NCBI GenBank assembly: GCA_002269645.1
Contig: NIVC01002865.1
Coordinates: 62,001 to 126,000, forward strand
DNA: 64,000 bases
DNA from: Macrostomum lignano
Lineage: Eukaryota
Direction of reading: 5' to 3'
Part shown: one piece after another, positions 55,301-64,000 of the stretch
How positions within the stretch are numbered: the stretch's first letter is position 1
Layout: each line of letters begins with the position of its first letter
Notes under the pieces: generated by a model
The model's database searches: none
Seen by the model: the letters and a program-made list of their open reading frames with translations, nothing else
What the model was told of the DNA's origin: nothing
Made by a program: the position numbers and the translations under genes

Positions 55301-57801
55301 CTGGAGATGGAGCTGGTTGAGTGGCGAATCCACTGCAAGCTCGTGTTCAATCTCACGGACGATCGGCAGTGCGAATGCAAAATCGGGTTCAACACCACCA
55401 ACGTGGCTCTGTGTGACCAGATGCGAGCCGGGAACGAAAGCGCTCACGTAAGGCAACTAAAAACTGATTGACAGCTTCTAGTATTGACACTTCAAACCTA
55501 TTGGCGTCTCATGTCTGACCTCATCTACATGTACGTGATAATTGGCATTCTCGCAATACGCTGCATCGTGGCTGTTCTGCCGCACAGGTTCGAGCAGAAT
55601 GGCAAACTCGTGACTTCTGCTCGTGCTACAACTTTCCCCACAAAATTATGCACTTTTCTGCACTTTACCAGTTTTAGTCTTTCCCATAATTTACTTTTTC
55701 TGCGTGAAAGTTTTCAGTGAATTTACGCTCGTAGCTTGCTTGATGTTGAAGCAATAGGGTGACAGTCTTAAGCCTGGTGAGAGACATTGAAGGAAATGGT
55801 TTATTGGTGAAGTGACATGGTTTAGAAGCTTGACGATGCCAACCTTTTAAGCTTGATGGAGTACTTGATGAGTAATGCTGAGTTTGATGAAGCGACGCTA
55901 AGCTTGGTGTAGCGACGCGATGAAGCGATGCTAAGCTTGATGTACTCGTAGCGACGCTAAGCTTGATGAAGCGATGCTAAGCTTGATGGAGTGACGCTAA
56001 GCTTGATGAAGTGACACTAAGCTTGATGGATTTCGCGCGACGGGGGAGAATGGAGTTTGTATCGTAAAAACTTACTCGGCTGTGAGACTGACAAAATGGC
56101 GACCCACTTCGCACCTCAGCTCAGCTCATGTTAAAATGCGCCGATGCCGAAAAATGAGCTGGACGGTGAATATAAGAGTCGTTTCAAACAGCTTTCGACG
56201 TCCAAAATGTACCCGACTTTTCAGGCCCACGGCTGCGCCATGATAAGCTGTCTCTTCTCATCGGTATTGATTGACCTCTGACTGCCATGCATCGTTTCCT
56301 CCATTTTTCATACACTTTTCCTTCGATTTAAACCATTTATTTAGACTTGTTAACACAACACTAATTTTACTAAAAAGCAATTGTTGATTACTTTATTTTC
56401 AATTTGCACAACAATTTATTAACTTATTCTGCACAAAGCCACAGAAATTTACTCTATGCAGTAACGACATCTTCTGACGTTGGAGCACACTCCACAGAGT
56501 CCGCAGATGCCACAGAGATTATGCGTGTCTCAAATTGATTTGCATTAGCGCTAGTTTTTTACTTACACGTCAACAAAAAGACAGCTAAAGTAGAAGGACG
56601 GAGAACGGAGGCTTTCGCTGCAAACTGCACTGACGAGGTTGGAAGTTTTTTGTTTTAATTTAGCACTACATCCTCAATATCGAATCCTCGATTCACTAAA
56701 GACTACACCTCGGGACAAAACTCATGCTTCGTTTGGAATTCGGAGGTCCAGAAGGTTTGACATTGGGTAACTTGCCGGCAGTGCTGAAAATAGAAAAGTT
56801 CCTCTCTCGCCATCGCATTTTGGCAGCGAAAATCGGCCTCCTGTAAAGTCCTTCTACGTCCCTGCATCAGCGCCCTTGATGGCAGGTTCCACCCACTTTC
56901 CGTCGGAACCAGTCGTTGCTAATGCGGTTTTAAAACAGCTCAAAGCGCCAAATCCAGAGCCATCGCGCAACTGTTGCAGATGCACAAAGACGGCAGCTGG
57001 GACAGCCACGATTTCGAGTTGACAATTCGAATTCTCGAGCAGCTGCTGCTCCTCCTGCTCATCATGGGCCGGTGGATGCTGCCCAAGGGCAAGCTCACCC
57101 ACGACCAGCTCTCCCAGCTACTCCTCGTGTACATCGGCACCGCGGCCGATATTGTCGAATTCTTCGAAGCATTCAAAGAGGAAGTGGTCAAGCGGGACCG
57201 GATGCTCATTAAGCTCATTCTGACCATATGGACCTGGTCTCTGCTGCAGTTTGTGCTCGTGATCACCGCGCAGAGGGCGCGCAAAGACCAATCTGGCCTG
57301 CTCAGCGGGGTCAACCAGCGGCGCAAGAAAGTCTCCGAGGTTGAAGCGCCAGTGATTAACGAAGCCGAGGAGAGCTACTGCACCTGTACGCCGGAGATCT
57401 TTGGCATCGCTATTTCTATGCTGCTTCAGGTGAATGCGATGTAACTGCATGATAATTTTTACTTCATATAGTTTTTAATGGGTCTATGAGACTTTCCCGC
57501 AGGAATTTTTCCCGCCGAGCTTTCCCCGCACGAGTTTTTCCCGCACGAGATTTTCCCGCAGCGAGTTTTTCCCGCGACGAAAATTTGCCGCAGGAGCTTT
57601 CCCCGCACGAAATTCTCCCGAAGCGAGTTTTTACCGCAGCGAGAGTTTCCCGCAGGAAATTTCCCCGTCGAGATTTTCCAGCCGAGCTTTTACCGCCGAG
57701 ATTTTCCCGCACGAATTTTCCCCGCACATACTTTTTCCAGCAGAAAGATTTACCCGCAAGAAATTTCTCGTGATTGCCTGTTTACCTTCCTACCTTCCTA
57801 C

Positions 57802-57832
<31 letters not shown>

Positions 57833-59561
57833 CCTGCCTGCCTGCCTGCCTGGCTGGCTGCCTGTGTCGAATTTATCAAAGAAATAAATCGCGTCTCTGC
57901 TAATAGCTTTCCTTTTTATAATTTCTTTCTTAAGGTAAACAGGAAATCAGGAGAAATTTTCCTGCGGGAAAATCTTTCTGCTGGAAAAAGTATGTGCGGG
58001 GAAAATTCGTGCGGGAAAATCTCGGCGGTAAAAGCTCGGCTGGAAAATCTCGACAGAGAAATTTCCTGCGGGAAACTCTCGCTGCGGTAAAAACTCGCTG
58101 CGGGAGAATCTCGTGCGGGGAAAGCTCCTGCGGCAAATTTTCGTCGCGGGAAAAACTCGCTGCGGGAAAATCTCGTGCGGGAAAAACTCGTGCGGGGAAA
58201 GCTCGGCGGGAAAAATTCCTGCGGGAAATTCTCGTGCTCCCGTTTTTAATAGTGTTGGACAGTGGCTCACCGATGTAGCTTAATGAGTGAAGACTGATAA
58301 AGAATAGGGAAATTTGGTGTAGGCACTTTGTGGTGCCTAATAAAGGTTTATTGAAGACTTTAACCGCATCAAGAGTAAGACCATCAGTGATTGACGACCT
58401 TGAAAAGGTGAAGACACAGCGATGACCTTGAGGAGGCTCATAGAGGATTCACTGCTGCATCCATTGAAGACTCGCGCATTTTCGATCCGATCTCCGCAGG
58501 ACCTGCCTTACCTGATCGTTCGCCTATTCATGATGATTAACTACGACACGACCAGCTACACTAACATCTTCTTCACGCTGAAGAACACCCTGGTGTGCAC
58601 CCTGCTCACGTACCGCCTGGTCGTTGTCTACTGGGAACGATTCCGTCGGATCCGACGCGCTCGGAAGGCGCTCCGTGAGGCCGGCCCGCACGTGCTGCTG
58701 TCCGACGACTCCGATCCCGAGGAGGGCGGCGGCGGCGGCGGCGGCGGTGGCGCCATCCGCAGAGTCGGCATCGACGAGGATGACGACGGCATCTGGGAGC
58801 TGACCGGGCCGCGTCGGCTCCGCGACGCGTCAATCGCTGGCAGCCTGTCGGAGAAGTCGGAACCGACGTCTGCCTCTGCGGTGCCGTCTCTGCCAGCGAA
58901 CCGGAAATCGTCTACCAGCTTGAAAACTCTGCAGTCGAACGGTTCGGAGTCTGGGACGGCCAGCACAGTGGTCAAGTTTAGCGTCAAGGAAAAGTACTCG
59001 GCTGGTGAGTGGCAGGAGCAGGGATTAAGAGGGCTAATCTTAGAATTCGACGTTTTTAACACTAGAATGACTAATTATGACCATCTGAACTTCTGTTATG
59101 CATAAAATATCAATATTCGAAAGGTGTTTTGAACACCCTGGGGCAACGCCCTCGTTGACATTGTCCCACAACCAGTGCTGAGGCGATTCTGCCCATTCCG
59201 CTGGCTCCTGAGCACATGCAAGCGCGTTAATACTGTACGCAGCCACGCACTCATACAGGGTGTACACTGTACAGCGGCCCTGACTTTCTAATCGCTGGGT
59301 ATTGCTGGGTAAAACTTGCATTCGTGTTCTGTATACTGTCGCACAAAAGGCACGGTACCGCGCTACCGCAAGGCCAGCGAGGGGCCGCCATTCGTAATCA
59401 AGTCGCGCAGCTGGGATCGTCGGCGCTGCCTGACCAAAGCCACGAGTCTGCAGGCCACGGATGAAGAGGAGGTCGCGGCCGCTTCGAGGCAGCAACAGCT
59501 GCAAGAAATGGGCCGTCAGAGCTCCGTGCCCATTCCGTTGGCTGATCAGAGTGACCTGTGA
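52380..59561 (+). CDS. TMEM26: Transmembrane protein 26
   Basis: Exons 52380-52570, 55246-55447, 56980-57429, 58500-59004 and 59350-59561 are GT-AG and phase-consistent (519 aa). Motifs: RVLFATHG, RGREWKWFCPSAFFYL..VPSTWFLE, EQLLLLLLIMGRWMLPKG, THDQLSQLLLVYIGTAADIVEF, IWTWSLLQF, QDLPYLIVRL, KNTLV..L..YRL. The last exon is less certain. Confidence 0.88.
53585..53750. repeat. 43-bp tandem repeat (GGGTGCATGGACTCAAACTGTGACACTGGAGTATCTGGTCTCA)n
   Basis: About 4 copies. Confidence 0.85.
54633..54817. mobile_element. Small hairpin/MITE-like inverted repeat
   Basis: AGCCTCTATGTTC...AAAAGAATTCCCATAGATTTTTT is mirrored by AAAAAAATCTATGGGAGTTCTTTT...GAACATAGAGGCT. Confidence 0.65.
54858..55013. mobile_element. 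Small hairpin/MITE-like inverted repeat
   Basis: CAAAATTGGAGG...AACTTAGTCCTCGAAAA is mirrored by TTTTCGAGGACTAAGTT...CCTCCAAATTTTG. Confidence 0.6.
55880..56030. repeat. 20-bp degenerate tandem repeat (AAGCGACGCTAAGCTTGATG)n
   Basis: Recurrent CTAAGCTTGATG. Confidence 0.7.
57488..58233. mobile_element. Foldback-type element: ~280-bp internally repetitive inverted arms around a microsatellite spacer, TMEM26 intron 3
   Basis: The left arm is built of TTTCCCGC-type subunits and the right arm of GCGGGAAA subunits in mirrored order (e.g. CCCGCAGGAATTTTTCCCGCCGAGC versus GCTCGGCGGGAAAAATTCCTGCGGG). Confidence 0.8.
59133..59250 (-). repeat. Dispersed repeat copy; homolog of 1961-2080
   Basis: Reverse-complement alignment by eye; lies in TMEM26 intron 4. 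Confidence 0.72.
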
Positions 59562-59629
59562 AATTTGTCCTTGCTATTGGCGGGTTGCGTGAGAACTTCG
59601 GAAAACTTCTGGGTGGGTTTGGCTCGTGG

Positions 59630-59860
59630 GTTTGGCTCTCAATCTTGATTTCTTATGGCTTTGAGGCTCTCAATCTTGGTTTCTTCTGTCTGAGGCTCTC
59701 AATCTTGATTTCTTATGGCTTTGAGGCTCTCAAACTTTATCTCTTATGGCTTTGAGGCTCTCAATTTTGATCTCTAATGGCTTTGAGGCTCTTAATCTTG
59801 GTCTCTGAGGCTCTCAATCTTGATCTCTACGAGCGTATGGCTCTGAGGCTCTCAATCTTG
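59630..59860. repeat. Degenerate tandem repeat (GGCTTTGAGGCTCTCAATCTTG-like)
   Basis: Recurrent TGAGGCTCTCAATCTTG. Confidence 0.7.
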
Positions 59861-61757
59861 GTTTGCCATTGTATCTCGCTCAGATATACTGCACCTACCG
59901 GTTCACAACTTGTACAAGGCTCTCAAGCTTGTTCTGTTTATATTTACACTTTTTTGAGGCCTTGAGGCATTTTCTTAAGAAATATGAAGCTCTCGTGATC
60001 CAAACTCAGTAGCTTTCCTAGTGTATTTTAAAAAAAGTTAAATAAAGAACCAATGTACTCGTAGTAGTATATGGTAATGAGCTCTCACAATGGTTTTAAA
60101 CCCTTTCTTTTCTTCTCTAAAAAGTTAGTTAGCTTACTTTGGTTCGAGTCGGCAATTACATTCTTCGCCTTCATGTACTGTACGAGCGTAGAGCAAAATA
60201 TGATTTACACCACATATCGGCCATCCTCGTAAATCCTTGGAACTGGGAAGCTAGATCTGATCTTATTGTCTACTTACCTATTATTCGCAAACAAGATTCT
60301 GTTTCTAATTTTGTTATGCCATACAATAATTAGCCACAGCTAATAGGCGAGTTTACATAACAAAAAGTATTTTTTCACTGGTGAGAAATTGTTTTGTTTC
60401 GAATGAGCATCTGACATGTATCTAAGGAGCATCCGATTTTATTGTCACTTTCTAGTGCTGCTACTCTCGATAATAGAGTAGTATATTGCGAACTTGTCTT
60501 GTATTTTTTAGTTATAATGCGCTGTCTGAATGCAATTTTTTCTTATAAATTACCTGCATATATGGTTTTAAAATTCTTGATACGATGAGCAACGGTATTG
60601 TGTTTCTTATTTTCAGTAAGGTACATAATACGATATTATTTGCGAGAGTTTTCATTAGATGGAAAAATCTCATGTTTTAGTCGCTTGCCCTAGCTGTTTC
60701 CATTCGACGCAGTATTTTACTAAACCTTGGCTTTTTAAATATACTAAATCTCTAATATTTGTTTGTATGTTTGTCCATGACGCTCTAGAGATTGCAATTC
60801 TAGTATTTTACTAAACCTTGGCTTGGCTAGAATCAAAGCATATGGCATATATTTTACATTATCGCAATAGGATTTTGAAAACTTTATTATCCGTGTACAC
60901 ATTATTTATGTTGTGAAATCTTAAAAAATGTTATATAGTAATCTGTCCTAAGTATCTGCGATTCCAATAGTTTCTATTATGCTACTTATAGTAAAATAAT
61001 TTTACAAATCATGGCAATTGATCGGCGTTTGGTTAAAAATTCTATTTAATAAAAAATCTAAGTGGATATACTCTTTTCGTCTTTAAATTTTTTGTTTTGT
61101 CCACCGGTTTCCATTTTTGATGAATTTTTTGCGATATTAATAATTAAAGTATTGTGTAAGAAATATAATGATCAGTAACGATCGAGCCATAATATAATAT
61201 GAGCTTCTTGTATTAACTTTACATAAGTAGTAAGTTGTTTCAAAATTAAATATTGATTTCAACCAGAGCGAAAGTTGTGCTAAATCAATAAAAAATTTCA
61301 AAAGCATTATTTTTTTAAATAAGACAAAATAAGGAATTAGCCTGAAGATTTGACAATTCGTATTGAAAAAACTGCTTTACAGGGTGTTCTACGCTACATA
61401 TCGGCAAAATAAAATTTGATTGCTACATCCGAACTTTACGCTATCTGTAAACAGTGTAAACAACTTTAGAAATTTTAATGACAAAATTCATACAATCTAC
61501 CCTTATAAATACAATTTTATCACACGGAGTCATATTGAAAGAAAATGTTTTTGACGGCACAATAATTACGAAAGTACTCATCAAGATACTATTTTACAAT
61601 AATTAAAAGAAGAAAATTTGGATATTATACCATATTTTTAAAAGGCTTTTAAATACTATACTCATTTAACGCAAATATGGAATTAAGAATAATTTCAAGA
61701 ATGATTACTTAAAAAAAATATGGCGCCCTATGCCGCGCAAGAGACGTCACCGCATCT

Positions 61758-61829
61758 TGCCGTGACCAGGATTCGAACCTGGGTTGTCTCGGCCACAACG
61801 AGAAGTACTAACCACTATACGATCACGGC
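61758..61829 (-). tRNA. trnH-GUG: tRNA-His (GTG)
   Basis: Reverse complement GCCGTGATCGTATAGTGGTTAGTACTTCTCGTTGTGGCCGAGACAACCCAGGTTCGAATCCTGGTCACGGCA folds as a canonical cloverleaf with A and B boxes and anticodon GTG. A T-run Pol III terminator lies about 40 nt downstream. Confidence 0.96.
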
Positions 61830-62564
61830 TAACCGGCGCCTGGCAGAGGGTTGAACGAAAGCCTTTATAAAGCTATAGCTAGCTTTAAACTAAAATTAGG
61901 ATTTTGAGATCAGAATTTAGTCCACAAGTGCAGTTAGGCAAATATATAGTTTTTAAATAATAAATAAAAAGAGAATAAAAACAGCAATAATAACAATAAT
62001 TGCAGAACGGTTATGGGCACTCTGGCGCAAAGCCTTTTTGGTGACATGACATCGTCCCACAACTGCCCTGCGCAGGTTTTTGTTTTTGGAAGCTCGCAAT
62101 GTTTATGGGGCCACGAATGAAGTCATGTTGAGCTATTTTTTGGCCCAAGCATTAATCCATGCCGCGGAGGAAATATTTTTGTTTGAAAAAACGGAAATCG
62201 AGCATCAATCAGTGTCGATGACTTCCACTCGCAGGTCACAGTGCAGTGGCCCATGCTGAGTATTGAATCACTTATTCTAACTTCTGACAGCCATCTGACA
62301 CTCATAATGATCGCCTCGACTATCACCGAAATTGATCCTGCCATGAGCTGCAGCAGCTAAAATGCGATAGATGCCCCTCATCTATAGAACTGAAAACTGC
62401 TTGCGTCATGACCATCAAGCCGCAGGGCTGGAACCAAACTATATAACTGCTCTTTCTGATTTCATCTTAGCTAAACTATAACTGTCAGTTTACAGAGTTC
62501 ACATACTGACTGCCTGTGTGATAACTGTAAACCTGCTGTCATGCTGTCTATTTTCTTCTCCTTT

Positions 62565-63400
62565 AACCCTTCCCCCTCTCTGTCTCCCTCTCCAACTCCC
62601 TCTAATTCGCCATCTCTATCTTCATCTCCATCTCCCTCTCCCTCTCCCTCTCCTTCTCCCTCTCCCTCTCCCTCTCCCTCTCCGTCTCCCTCTCCATCTA
62701 CCTCTCCCTCTCCATCTCCATCTCTCTCTCTCCATCTCGCTCTCCCTCTCCATTTCCCCCTCCCTCTCCATCTCCATCTCCCTCTTCATCTCCCTCTCTG
62801 TCTCCCTCTCCCTCTCCCTCTCCCTCTCCCTCTCCATCTCCATCTCTCTCTCTCCATCTCGCTCTCCCTCTCCATTTCCCCCTCCCTCTCCATCTCCATC
62901 TCCCTCTTCATCTCCCTCTCTGTCTCCCTCTCCCTCTCCCTCTCCCTCTCCATCTCCATCTCTCTCTCTCCATCTCGCTCTCCCTCTCCATCTCCATCTC
63001 CCTCTCCCTCTCCCTCTCCGTCTCCCTCTCCCTCTCCCTCTCCCTCTCCATCTCCATCTCTCTCTCCATCTCGCTTTCCCTCTCCATTTCCCCCTCCCTC
63101 TCCATCTCCATCTCCCTCTTCATCTCCCTCTCTGTCTCCCTCTTCATCTCCCTCTCTGTCTCCCTCTCCCTCTCCCTCTCCCTCTCCCTCTCCGTCTCCC
63201 TCTCCCTCTCCCTCTCCCTCTCCATCTCCATCTCTCTCTCCATCTCGCTCTCCCTCTCCATTTCCCCCTCCCTCTCCATCTCCATCTCCCTCTTCATCTC
63301 CCTCTCTGTCTCCCTCTTCATCTCCCTCTCTGTCTCCCTCTCCCTCTCCCTCTCCCTCTCCATCTCCCTCTCCACCTCGCTCTCCATCTTCATCTCCGTC
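62565..63400. repeat. (CTCTCC/CATCTC)n polypyrimidine hexamer repeat with duplicated blocks
   Basis: Directly visible; source of spurious ORFs 62518-63596. Confidence 0.9.
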
Positions 63401-63779
63401 TCGCCGAAACCAGTCACCTACCAGGCAATCTTGCAAACAAGCACCCCGAATCTCGCCGGCTTTTTTCTGCTCTGTCTCGCTCCAGATTTTAGTTAAAACC
63501 GTAATAAAATTGCATCAAATCCACTCGAAAAAAAGCAAATCGCGTTCAAAAAGCCGCGCTCGAGCAATCCAGCTAAGTGCTACGGCTCGTATCTGATTCA
63601 TCTAATAGCAATTCGCTAGACAATTGAAAATTCATCGGATCGGAGTTTCGACTCAACGGTTGCACTGTGGAAAACCAATTAATAGGTTGCTTCGCGCATG
63701 ACTGCGTGAGAGTAATGTTTTGTAATTTTAATGGCTCTCGGATATCTTCACCTGTCTGTACTGCAGCAGAGCCTGACTC

Positions 63780-64000
<221 letters not shown>

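Noticed and set aside
62123-62370. Possible small exon or ORF downstream of the tRNA
   Set aside because: No recognisable homology and no partner exons identified within the window.
62518-63596. Pro/Ser-, Leu/Pro- and Glu/Arg-rich ORFs (extensin-like)
   Set aside because: They are products of a CT-rich hexamer microsatellite that is open in several frames on both strands.

Overview
Eukaryotic (invertebrate-type animal) genomic DNA with GC-rich exons, GT-AG introns and many intronic tandem repeats. There are no prokaryotic features and no CRISPR array. By hand-splicing I reconstruct five multi-exon protein genes: the 3' part of a class II bHLH-PAS factor (ARNT/BMAL1-like, +), a strongly divergent casein-kinase-1-family kinase (+), TM9SF2 (+), a bestrophin with an altered Ca2+ clasp (-) and TMEM26 (+). 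There is also one tRNA-His(GTG). Almost all long ORFs in the supplied track are artefacts of intronic mini/microsatellites. The most striking non-coding structure is a 10.8-kb non-autonomous Helitron (3465-14244) with exact TC...hairpin-CTAG ends, inserted at an A^T site in a 20-bp minisatellite. It is about 85% filled by a 23-bp satellite and ends in four iterated, TTAGGG-bearing subterminal units, one motif of which matches a second satellite 33 kb away. Other points of interest are an array of nine CACGTG E-boxes inside the bHLH-PAS gene itself, a TIR-bounded composite element carrying a decayed Tc1/IS630 transposase plus an intact DIRS/Ngaro-type gag ORF, a Sola2-like insertion with a 4-bp TSD, and several MITE/foldback elements. 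All homology calls come from motif recognition by eye; no database search was run.
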